From a virus (lineage: Duplodnaviria; Caudoviricetes), in the IMG/VR virus record IMGVR_UViG_3300032323_002596, positions 1 through 59,908 of that record: DNA of 59,908 nt, one strand, 5' to 3'. The notes under the pieces are model-generated. The model saw nothing but the letters and a program-made list of their open reading frames with translations. It was not told the DNA's origin and made no database searches. This document shows positions 27,094 to 34,879 of the stretch, piece after piece. Both the position numbers and the translations under genes were made by a program. Every line of letters starts with the position of its first letter. The stretch's first letter is position 1.

Positions 27094-27651
27094 TTAATTT
27101 CTTTTTAAAATCGTTAATCCATTGTTGTTCGTAAATCTTTCATGTATTACCCAATGTTCGTTTTCTTTCAAAAATTCATCAATTGCCGGCCATAAACCTA
27201 CTTCTTTTTTCCCTTCATAAGATTCGCCATTCCATTCAAAAGTAGTAGTATCATGAAAAATGATATATTTATTACTTTTATTACCATGCAACTCTAATTC
27301 TTTTTTTAGCTGATTGTAATTATGCAAAGTATCTATAAACAATAAGTCTGTTTCTTCTATTTCAAGATCTAATGTATTTGCAATATGAAACTCAAAATCT
27401 ATTTTATTTTCTTTAGCTAAATCAATAAGAAATTTCTGTTCAGTTCCCCATTTCTCTACTGGCTCTATATCATAGGAGATTATTTTTTTAGGCTTGCCCA
27501 TCATAAATGCATATGTAGAAACAACCCATCTGACTCCCATTTCTGTAACATGATTGCACTCTTCAGTATATTTCTTTAGAATAGGTAAATGTTCGTTTAT
27601 ATCAGAATAGGTATTACACTTTTCTTCATATATTCTTTCTAGTGTACTCAT
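27094..27651 (-). CDS. Class I SAM-dependent methyltransferase (Methyltransf_24-like)
   Basis: VTEMGVRWVVST, ISYDI, DLLFIDTLH, IIFHDT, GLWPAIDEF. Confidence 0.8.
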   Translation of the reverse strand: MSTLERIYEEKCNTYSDINEHLPILKKYTEECNHVTEMGVRWVVSTYAFMMGKPKKIISYDIEPVEKWGTEQKFLIDLAKENKIDFEFHIANTLDLEIEETDLLFIDTLHNYNQLKKELELHGNKSNKYIIFHDTTTFEWNGESYEGKKEVGLWPAIDEFLKENEHWVIHERFTNNNGLTILKRN

Positions 27652-27803
27652 TTCTTTTCTTGTGCTTTAATTTTCTTTTCTTGTTTAAGCATTTCTGGTG
27701 TTGGTTTTTTACCTGAACCAGCAGCCGCACGAATATTATCCCATAATCCACGAGGTGAATATGAGCCATCTGCGCGCTTCATCATTTTTAATTTACTTTT
27801 CAT
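27648..27803 (-). CDS. Small basic protein, 51 aa
   Basis: MKSKLKMMKRADGSYSPRGLWDNIRAAAGSGKKPTPEMLKQEKKIKAQEKK; ATGA overlap with the methyltransferase. Confidence 0.65.
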   Translation of the reverse strand: MKSKLKMMKRADGSYSPRGLWDNIRAAAGSGKKPTPEMLKQEKKIKAQEKK

Positions 27804-27819
27804 ACCACTAAGATACGAA

Positions 27820-28083
27820 TTATTTCCAGTTTTCCGCCTTCCAAATAGTCAAATCTATACCTTTTAAGCCAATAGGAGGCTCTTTTTGACTTTCAACAGG
27901 TATTTCTACCACTTTAGCATTATCTGCCAATTTTGAGGCTAATTCTACGGGAGAAACAATATTTCCTTTAGGGTACTTTCTATGCCAATATACCCTGCAC
28001 TTGTCAGAGCAGAATTTCTTTTTTGATGTTTCGCTCTCCATTCTTTCGTTGCAATAAATGCAAAATGGTGTTCTGTTTTTCAT
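27820..28083 (-). CDS. Zinc-finger putative DNA-binding protein
   Basis: CIYC…KKFCSDKCRVYWHRK. Confidence 0.7.
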   Translation of the reverse strand: MKNRTPFCIYCNERMESETSKKKFCSDKCRVYWHRKYPKGNIVSPVELASKLADNAKVVEIPVESQKEPPIGLKGIDLTIWKAENWK

Positions 28084-28084
28084 G

Positions 28085-28168
28085 TGTTACGATTGGTTGT
28101 TACGATTAATTAATTTGTTACGATAAAGGTATGTATTTTGTTACGATAAAGCAAATTTTTGTTACGAT
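28085..28168. repeat. Five direct repeats TGTTACGAT (operator/iteron-like)
   Basis: Exact copies at 28085, 28098, 28116, 28139 and 28160. Confidence 0.9.
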
Positions 28169-28513
28169 ACCTCCCCCTTACCTCAATACATAATACATAA
28201 ACATAAACCCTACATAACAGCACAGCACCCCCACAAAAGAATTGCAAGAAAGAAAACCCCCACGCCATAGCCACCACGTAAAAAAGCTATAAGTCAACAG
28301 TAGCCTAACCCATAACCCACAAACCCACGCACAACAAACTAGCGGAAAGGGTGCAAGGGAAAACCAATAAACAAGGGTACACGGTGCAAGGCAAAAAAAA
28401 ACCCCACAAAAAAAATCGCGAAAAATTTTTTAGCGGACCCCTAAACAAGTGTTGATGTAGAAGTTTTGGAATTTTTTAGGTATAATATGGTGGAAATGGT
28501 GGAAAATGTTTCG

Positions 28514-28521
28514 TATATTTG
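28514..28521 (+). promoter_or_regulatory. Bacteroidota -7 element (TATATTTG)
   Basis: Consensus match 26 nt upstream of ATG 28547. Confidence 0.6.
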
Positions 28522-28546
28522 AATATAAATTAAAAAAAATATTTTT

Positions 28547-28915
28547 ATGGCAATGGAAATAACAGAAATGGTTTATGATCAAGGTGGTCCAAAAAAACCA
28601 AAAAAAATAGATAAACCAGCAGGCCCAAAGGGTAAATTACTTTCTTCAATGAAAAAGAAATTTCTTAATGGAGTTGAAGTGATGGACACAGAGCTTAGAC
28701 AAAATGTGCCTGTAAAACAAGTTAAAAGGGAAACTCAAGAATTTGTTAATGCAATGGATGGTGCTAGAAAAAGAATGGAAAGAGAAGTAGCGGAAAAAGA
28801 AAAAGTTAAATCTGCGATTGGCGGAAAACCAAAACTTAGTGGAAGCAATCTTTCTCCTAAAGCTCCTTTTAGATCCCCTGCTCCTAGTGCCCCTGCTAAA
28901 TATAAAATGAAATAA
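28547..28915 (+). CDS. Lys/Pro-rich hypothetical protein
   Basis: 122 aa, basic, low complexity. Confidence 0.7.
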   Translation: MAMEITEMVYDQGGPKKPKKIDKPAGPKGKLLSSMKKKFLNGVEVMDTELRQNVPVKQVKRETQEFVNAMDGARKRMEREVAEKEKVKSAIGGKPKLSGSNLSPKAPFRSPAPSAPAKYKMK

Positions 28916-28917
28916 AC

Positions 28918-29109
28918 ATGAAGCCAAAGTTAGGGTCTGGCGAAAGATTCGCTAATATTGAAAATAAGGCGGCAAAATCATACGAAAAGAAAGGAATGAG
29001 CCCAGAACGTGCTAAAGAGGTTGGAGCCGCAATAGCAGCCTCTGTAGGCCGTAAAAAGTACGGTGCAAAGAAATTCTCTAAGCTATCAGCGATGGCTAGA
29101 CAAAAGTAG
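28918..29109 (+). CDS. Small basic phage protein
   Basis: KLGSGERFA…AIAASVGRKKYGAKKF. Confidence 0.7.
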   Translation: MKPKLGSGERFANIENKAAKSYEKKGMSPERAKEVGAAIAASVGRKKYGAKKFSKLSAMARQK

Positions 29110-29143
29110 GTTTGTTGGTTAAGTGTTTTCTTTCTTTGAATTG

Positions 29144-29170
29144 ACCTCCCTTAAAAAAGGAGGTTTTTTT
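29144..29170 (+). terminator. Intrinsic terminator
   Basis: ACCTCC-cttaaaaaa-GGAGGT followed by a T-tract. Confidence 0.8.
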
Positions 29171-29178
29171 GTCCCCTT

Positions 29179-29215
29179 CATCATTATGATGTATATTGCA
29201 TCAAACTACATCAAA
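29179..29215 (+). promoter_or_regulatory. Putative RHH operator
   Basis: CATCAT-T-ATGATG inverted repeat (29179-29191); CATCAAA at 29199 and 29209, 10 bp apart. Confidence 0.5.
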
Positions 29216-29397
29216 TGAAGAAAAGAATAACAATTACATTATCACAAGAAAGTTACATTAAACTACAACTTCTTGCAGAAAAGAAAAAATGGTCATTAAG
29301 CAAAACGGTAGAAGATGTTTTAGAAAAGTATTTAGCTAAACAAAAAGTAGAATTTAAAACCATCGCCGGCATAGCTTATGAGAAAGGTAATTCTTAA
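29215..29397 (+). CDS. Ribbon-helix-helix (CopG/Arc-like) regulator
   Basis: KRITITLS beta-ribbon followed by LQLLAEKKKWSLSKTVEDVLEKYL. Confidence 0.75.
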   Translation: MKKRITITLSQESYIKLQLLAEKKKWSLSKTVEDVLEKYLAKQKVEFKTIAGIAYEKGNS

Positions 29398-29836
29398 CAT
29401 AACGCCACAAACCCACGTTAGAGCAACTCAAGGTGATTCAATATTCTTCAGAATACCAAGAGAAAAATTACGCCCAGCCGGTCTCAAAAGATTAATGAGA
29501 TTAGAGAGGTATAACAAATACAAACTAGATCTTGATTCGGAAGCTAAACGAAAATCATTTACAATGCCTCCGATTGGAGCTTCAATAACATTTGTAATTC
29601 CTGTGCCTCGCTCCTGGTCAAAGAAGAAAAAGAAACTATACCACGGAACATTCCATCAATCAAAACCAGACATTGACAATCTCCAAAAGGCTTTCTTAGA
29701 TTCCCTAATGAAAGAGGATAAACAAATCGCGCATTTAGAAGTCCAAAAAAGATGGGTTGACTTTGAGTCAGGATGGATAGAAATTACATTAAAAGATTAC
29801 GAACAAGTTCTTACTTTACCAATTCCCAAAGAATAG
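29378..29836 (+). CDS. rusA: RusA-family Holliday junction resolvase
   Basis: PRSWSKKKK…KPDIDNLQKAFLDSL…EDKQI. Confidence 0.88.
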   Translation: MRKVILNITPQTHVRATQGDSIFFRIPREKLRPAGLKRLMRLERYNKYKLDLDSEAKRKSFTMPPIGASITFVIPVPRSWSKKKKKLYHGTFHQSKPDIDNLQKAFLDSLMKEDKQIAHLEVQKRWVDFESGWIEITLKDYEQVLTLPIPKE

Positions 29837-30072
29837 ACCTCGCCCAAGAATCCGCTTTAGTGAGTATTATATACACACAATCTTTGTATTTAACATAATA
29901 TTAATTATAAGCTTTAGCTTATTTACAAATACTAGCAATCCCTAAAATTTAGTTAACTAAATTTTAGGGATTGCTAGTATTTGTAAATAAGCTAAAGCTT
30001 ATAATTAATATTATGTTAAATACAAAGATTGTGTGTATATAATACTCACTAAAGCGGATTCTTGGGCGAGGT

Positions 30073-30531
30073 CTATTCTTTGGGAATTGGTAAAGTAAGA
30101 ACTTGTTCGTAATCTTTTAATGTAATTTCTATCCATCCTGACTCAAAGTCAACCCATCTTTTTTGGACTTCTAAATGCGCGATTTGTTTATCCTCTTTCA
30201 TTAGGGAATCTAAGAAAGCCTTTTGGAGATTGTCAATGTCTGGTTTTGATTGATGGAATGTTCCGTGGTATAGTTTCTTTTTCTTCTTTGACCAGGAGCG
30301 AGGCACAGGAATTACAAATGTTATTGAAGCTCCAATCGGAGGCATTGTAAATGATTTTCGTTTAGCTTCCGAATCAAGATCTAGTTTGTATTTGTTATAC
30401 CTCTCTAATCTCATTAATCTTTTGAGACCGGCTGGGCGTAATTTTTCTCTTGGTATTCTGAAGAATATTGAATCACCTTGAGTTGCTCTAACGTGGGTTT
30501 GTGGCGTTATGTTAAGAATTACCTTTCTCAT
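30073..30531 (-). CDS. rusA: RusA-family Holliday junction resolvase (mirror copy)
   Basis: Mirror of 29378..29836. Confidence 0.88.
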   Translation of the reverse strand: MRKVILNITPQTHVRATQGDSIFFRIPREKLRPAGLKRLMRLERYNKYKLDLDSEAKRKSFTMPPIGASITFVIPVPRSWSKKKKKLYHGTFHQSKPDIDNLQKAFLDSLMKEDKQIAHLEVQKRWVDFESGWIEITLKDYEQVLTLPIPKE

Positions 30532-30694
30532 AAGCTATGCCGGCGATGGTTTTAAATTCTACTTTTTGTTTAGCTAAATACTTTTCTAAAACATCTTCTA
30601 CCGTTTTGCTTAATGACCATTTTTTCTTTTCTGCAAGAAGTTGTAGTTTAATGTAACTTTCTTGTGATAATGTAATTGTTATTCTTTTCTTCAT
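30512..30694 (-). CDS. RHH regulator (mirror copy)
   Basis: Mirror of 29215..29397. Confidence 0.75.
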   Translation of the reverse strand: MKKRITITLSQESYIKLQLLAEKKKWSLSKTVEDVLEKYLAKQKVEFKTIAGIAYEKGNS

Positions 30695-30738
30695 TTGATG
30701 TAGTTTGATGCAATATACATCATAATGATGAAGGGGAC

Positions 30739-30765
30739 AAAAAAACCTCCTTTTTTAAGGGAGGT
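30739..30765 (-). terminator. Intrinsic terminator (mirror copy)
   Basis: Mirror of 29144..29170. Confidence 0.8.
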
Positions 30766-30799
30766 CAATTCAAAGAAAGAAAACACTTAACCAACAAAC

Positions 30800-30991
30800 C
30801 TACTTTTGTCTAGCCATCGCTGATAGCTTAGAGAATTTCTTTGCACCGTACTTTTTACGGCCTACAGAGGCTGCTATTGCGGCTCCAACCTCTTTAGCAC
30901 GTTCTGGGCTCATTCCTTTCTTTTCGTATGATTTTGCCGCCTTATTTTCAATATTAGCGAATCTTTCGCCAGACCCTAACTTTGGCTTCAT
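30800..30991 (-). CDS. Small basic phage protein (mirror copy)
   Basis: Mirror of 28918..29109. Confidence 0.7.
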   Translation of the reverse strand: MKPKLGSGERFANIENKAAKSYEKKGMSPERAKEVGAAIAASVGRKKYGAKKFSKLSAMARQK

Positions 30992-30993
30992 GT

Positions 30994-31362
30994 TTATTTC
31001 ATTTTATATTTAGCAGGGGCACTAGGAGCAGGGGATCTAAAAGGAGCTTTAGGAGAAAGATTGCTTCCACTAAGTTTTGGTTTTCCGCCAATCGCAGATT
31101 TAACTTTTTCTTTTTCCGCTACTTCTCTTTCCATTCTTTTTCTAGCACCATCCATTGCATTAACAAATTCTTGAGTTTCCCTTTTAACTTGTTTTACAGG
31201 CACATTTTGTCTAAGCTCTGTGTCCATCACTTCAACTCCATTAAGAAATTTCTTTTTCATTGAAGAAAGTAATTTACCCTTTGGGCCTGCTGGTTTATCT
31301 ATTTTTTTTGGTTTTTTTGGACCACCTTGATCATAAACCATTTCTGTTATTTCCATTGCCAT
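30994..31362 (-). CDS. Lys/Pro-rich hypothetical protein (mirror copy)
   Basis: Mirror of 28547..28915. Confidence 0.7.
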   Translation of the reverse strand: MAMEITEMVYDQGGPKKPKKIDKPAGPKGKLLSSMKKKFLNGVEVMDTELRQNVPVKQVKRETQEFVNAMDGARKRMEREVAEKEKVKSAIGGKPKLSGSNLSPKAPFRSPAPSAPAKYKMK

Positions 31363-31740
31363 AAAAATATTTTTTTTAATTTATATTCAAATATACGAAA
31401 CATTTTCCACCATTTCCACCATATTATACCTAAAAAATTCCAAAACTTCTACATCAACACTTGTTTAGGGGTCCGCTAAAAAATTTTTCGCGATTTTTTT
31501 TGTGGGGTTTTTTTTTGCCTTGCACCGTGTACCCTTGTTTATTGGTTTTCCCTTGCACCCTTTCCGCTAGTTTGTTGTGCGTGGGTTTGTGGGTTATGGG
31601 TTAGGCTACTGTTGACTTATAGCTTTTTTACGTGGTGGCTATGGCGTGGGGGTTTTCTTTCTTGCAATTCTTTTGTGGGGGTGCTGTGCTGTTATGTAGG
31701 GTTTATGTTTATGTATTATGTATTGAGGTAAGGGGGAGGT

Positions 31741-31824
31741 ATCGTAACAAAAATTTGCTTTATCGTAACAAAATACATACCTTTATCGTAACAAATTAAT
31801 TAATCGTAACAACCAATCGTAACA
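31741..31824. repeat. Five direct repeats ATCGTAACA (mirror copy)
   Basis: Mirror of 28085..28168. Confidence 0.9.
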
Positions 31825-31825
31825 C

Positions 31826-32089
31826 ATGAAAAACAGAACACCATTTTGCATTTATTGCAACGAAAGAATGGAGAGCGAAACATCAAAAAAGAAATTCTGC
31901 TCTGACAAGTGCAGGGTATATTGGCATAGAAAGTACCCTAAAGGAAATATTGTTTCTCCCGTAGAATTAGCCTCAAAATTGGCAGATAATGCTAAAGTGG
32001 TAGAAATACCTGTTGAAAGTCAAAAAGAGCCTCCTATTGGCTTAAAAGGTATAGATTTGACTATTTGGAAGGCGGAAAACTGGAAATAA
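31826..32089 (+). CDS. Zinc-finger protein (mirror copy)
   Basis: Mirror of 27820..28083. Confidence 0.7.
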   Translation: MKNRTPFCIYCNERMESETSKKKFCSDKCRVYWHRKYPKGNIVSPVELASKLADNAKVVEIPVESQKEPPIGLKGIDLTIWKAENWK

Positions 32090-32105
32090 TTCGTATCTTA
32101 GTGGT

Positions 32106-32261
32106 ATGAAAAGTAAATTAAAAATGATGAAGCGCGCAGATGGCTCATATTCACCTCGTGGATTATGGGATAATATTCGTGCGGCTGCTGGTTCAGGTAA
32201 AAAACCAACACCAGAAATGCTTAAACAAGAAAAGAAAATTAAAGCACAAGAAAAGAAATGA
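32106..32261 (+). CDS. Small basic protein (mirror copy)
   Basis: Mirror of 27648..27803. Confidence 0.65.
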   Translation: MKSKLKMMKRADGSYSPRGLWDNIRAAAGSGKKPTPEMLKQEKKIKAQEKK

Positions 32262-32815
32262 GTACACTAGAAAGAATATATGAAGAAAAGTGTAATACCT
32301 ATTCTGATATAAACGAACATTTACCTATTCTAAAGAAATATACTGAAGAGTGCAATCATGTTACAGAAATGGGAGTCAGATGGGTTGTTTCTACATATGC
32401 ATTTATGATGGGCAAGCCTAAAAAAATAATCTCCTATGATATAGAGCCAGTAGAGAAATGGGGAACTGAACAGAAATTTCTTATTGATTTAGCTAAAGAA
32501 AATAAAATAGATTTTGAGTTTCATATTGCAAATACATTAGATCTTGAAATAGAAGAAACAGACTTATTGTTTATAGATACTTTGCATAATTACAATCAGC
32601 TAAAAAAAGAATTAGAGTTGCATGGTAATAAAAGTAATAAATATATCATTTTTCATGATACTACTACTTTTGAATGGAATGGCGAATCTTATGAAGGGAA
32701 AAAAGAAGTAGGTTTATGGCCGGCAATTGATGAATTTTTGAAAGAAAACGAACATTGGGTAATACATGAAAGATTTACGAACAACAATGGATTAACGATT
32801 TTAAAAAGAAATTAA
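32258..32815 (+). CDS. Class I SAM-dependent methyltransferase (mirror copy)
   Basis: Mirror of 27094..27651. Confidence 0.8.
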   Translation: MSTLERIYEEKCNTYSDINEHLPILKKYTEECNHVTEMGVRWVVSTYAFMMGKPKKIISYDIEPVEKWGTEQKFLIDLAKENKIDFEFHIANTLDLEIEETDLLFIDTLHNYNQLKKELELHGNKSNKYIIFHDTTTFEWNGESYEGKKEVGLWPAIDEFLKENEHWVIHERFTNNNGLTILKRN

Positions 32816-32824
32816 ATATAAATT

Positions 32825-33109
32825 ATGTCAGGAGCTTGGCAAAGAAAAGAAGGCAAAAATCCCGAGGGTGGATTAAATGCAAAAGGTAGAGCATCTTATA
32901 ATGCTGAAACCGGTGGTAATTTAAAAGCACCAGTAAAAGAAGGAACTAATCCTCGTAGAGTATCATTTGCGGCTAGATTCGCTGGTATTAAAGGGGCAAT
33001 GAAAAAACCTAATGGAGAACCTACTCGTAAAGCATTAGCCCTTAAAGCATGGGGATTTGGAAGCGTTGAAGCCGCTAGGAAGTTTGCCAATGCACACAAA
33101 AAATCGTAA
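32825..33109 (+). CDS. Small basic DUF6321-like protein (mirror copy)
   Basis: Mirror of 26800..27084. Confidence 0.6.
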   Translation: MSGAWQRKEGKNPEGGLNAKGRASYNAETGGNLKAPVKEGTNPRRVSFAARFAGIKGAMKKPNGEPTRKALALKAWGFGSVEAARKFANAHKKS

Positions 33110-33130
33110 ATTAGCGTAAAATATAACAAC

Positions 33131-33928
33131 ATGGCAATAGAAATGATGCAGTCTTTTGAATTACCAGAAGATCCAAAAAAACCAAAATCAAAAAAAATAG
33201 CAGGTACTGGGTTAAGTATATATGAAGGAGGTGTTGAAAAAACTCCTACTGGTAAAAGCAATGCTTTCGCAAGTTCTGGAATAACTCCTGAAGAAGTAGT
33301 TTTACATGCGAAAAAACACAAATTGCCTACTACTTCCAATAGAGAATTTCAACAAGCTGCTATTGATATGCTCTCTTCTACTCCAGTAGGAAGACAATAT
33401 TTAGCAGAAATGCAGAAGGTTTACGGAACAACTAGAGCTGGAACCTTTGTAGATGACATTCTTGGAGCAAGAACAAAATATTTATTACAGGGGTTAGACA
33501 CAGTTGATAATAGTAGAGAAGTTGATCAAAAAAATTATTTAGCAAATAGACCATACATTTATTCTGCAACAATAGGACCTACCGAGGATAAGGGATTTAA
33601 TCAATCAACAGATTGGGGTTGGGATTTTGGCAAGGACAAAGAAGCGTATGAAGATTACATGAAAGCTAGAGGTGATAATTTTTCTGCACTTAGAGAACAA
33701 ATAGATAGCGCAGCAGAGGGTTTGGCTCCAAAAGGTGCAAGATTGTTAAATAAATTACAAGCCATGCGAAAATTTACTGAAGATACACAAGCTAATAGAG
33801 AATTTTTTAATAAATATGGAGAGTTCCCAGAACCAATGCATACATCTCCAAAAGGCACGACTGACAAAAAGCAATTATTAAGCGATTTCTTGAAATTTAG
33901 ATACGGTAAAAATTATAAAGTAGATTAA
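33131..33928 (+). CDS. Hypothetical protein (mirror copy)
   Basis: Mirror of 25981..26778. Confidence 0.6.
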   Translation: MAIEMMQSFELPEDPKKPKSKKIAGTGLSIYEGGVEKTPTGKSNAFASSGITPEEVVLHAKKHKLPTTSNREFQQAAIDMLSSTPVGRQYLAEMQKVYGTTRAGTFVDDILGARTKYLLQGLDTVDNSREVDQKNYLANRPYIYSATIGPTEDKGFNQSTDWGWDFGKDKEAYEDYMKARGDNFSALREQIDSAAEGLAPKGARLLNKLQAMRKFTEDTQANREFFNKYGEFPEPMHTSPKGTTDKKQLLSDFLKFRYGKNYKVD

Positions 33929-33930
33929 TT

Positions 33931-34614
33931 ATGGCAATAAAAGCTATGAAATCAGGTGATCCAATTGATAAAAACAGGGAGTTTTTAATTAATTGGTATA
34001 AAAATAGGGTAATGCCTAATTTTACTAGTCAAATGTGGTATAACATGGATAAGTCAAAGATTTTAAATCAATTAAAAAATATACCACAAACAGAGTTTGT
34101 TGATGAGTCCGGTTTTATAGATGTACCATTCCCAGTTGAAGGTCAATACGTTCCAGAATCAAGAAGAATACTTGTTAAAAAAGGAGCTGCTCCAGATGTT
34201 GAAACACATGAAATAAATCATTTTTTACAAGATTACAACAATCAATGGTCTGAAGGTAACGAATCATTTTCAGATAACGAAAATGCAAGAATAATTAGAA
34301 ATTCATTATTACCAAGAATGAAAATGCCGGAAGAGTATCGTGGTACTGAATACGAATATTTTACACATCCAAAAGAAATTCAATCAAGGTTGATGTCTTT
34401 AAGACAACGTGCAGGTTTTAAGCCAGATCAAGTCGTTACACCAAAAGATTTACAAGAATTTTGGAAAACGTATAAAAGAGACAATGGCGATATTGAAGAT
34501 TTGCTGAATATAACAAAAGATGAAAAAGCCATGTTAGATATGCTAAATGGCGTTTCTAAAGTAAAACAAATAAACTTACCTGGAAGAGAAAACATTAATT
34601 TAGTTCAATCTTAA
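33931..34614 (+). CDS. Zincin-like HExxH protein (mirror copy)
   Basis: Mirror of 25295..25978. Confidence 0.6.
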   Translation: MAIKAMKSGDPIDKNREFLINWYKNRVMPNFTSQMWYNMDKSKILNQLKNIPQTEFVDESGFIDVPFPVEGQYVPESRRILVKKGAAPDVETHEINHFLQDYNNQWSEGNESFSDNENARIIRNSLLPRMKMPEEYRGTEYEYFTHPKEIQSRLMSLRQRAGFKPDQVVTPKDLQEFWKTYKRDNGDIEDLLNITKDEKAMLDMLNGVSKVKQINLPGRENINLVQS

Positions 34615-34800
34615 TACTAGGGTTCTTTATTCATATCATAAGAAACCCAAGCCGCTATTGCCATTAGTATGAGTATTACTATAAATATCATACTATTTGT
34701 CTTTTGTTTGCTTAAAAATATCTATTACACCTAAAATAGATATTGCTATAAATAATACTATTGTTATTATTCCTATTGTCATATTGATAGTTTTTATTTG

Positions 34801-34872
34801 TTACTGGTTTGCGATTTGAACGCAAAATAACAGAACCAAAATCTGTCGTGTTACCAATTACACCAACCAGCA
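34801..34872 (-). tRNA. tRNA-Gln(TTG) (mirror copy)
   Basis: Mirror of 25037..25108. Confidence 0.9.
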
Positions 34873-34879
34873 ATCATTG

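Noticed and set aside
28085-28168. TGTTACGAT repeats as a mini-CRISPR array
   Set aside because: The 9-bp repeats and 4-14 bp gaps are far too short
28304-28326. Eukaryote-type telomeric (TTAGGG)n repeat
   Set aside because: Only about three degenerate units and 1.6 kb from the axis; kept only as part of the skewed island
16778-28927. ORFs 16778, 20249, 21771, 22681, 23051, 24668, 26042, 26570, 28646 and their mirrors
   Set aside because: Overlap better-supported genes or regulatory DNA and show no recognisable motifs
1-29954. Stop-codon reassignment as in some crAss-like phages
   Set aside because: Long genes are intact in code 11; TAG ends MCP, ninG and rusA; the tRNA anticodon is TTG, not a suppressor
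1-29954. Protelomerase, integrase, ParA, reverse transcriptase/DGR, introns or inteins
   Set aside because: No such motifs recognised in any ORF and terL is uninterrupted; they could still lie in the unassembled part
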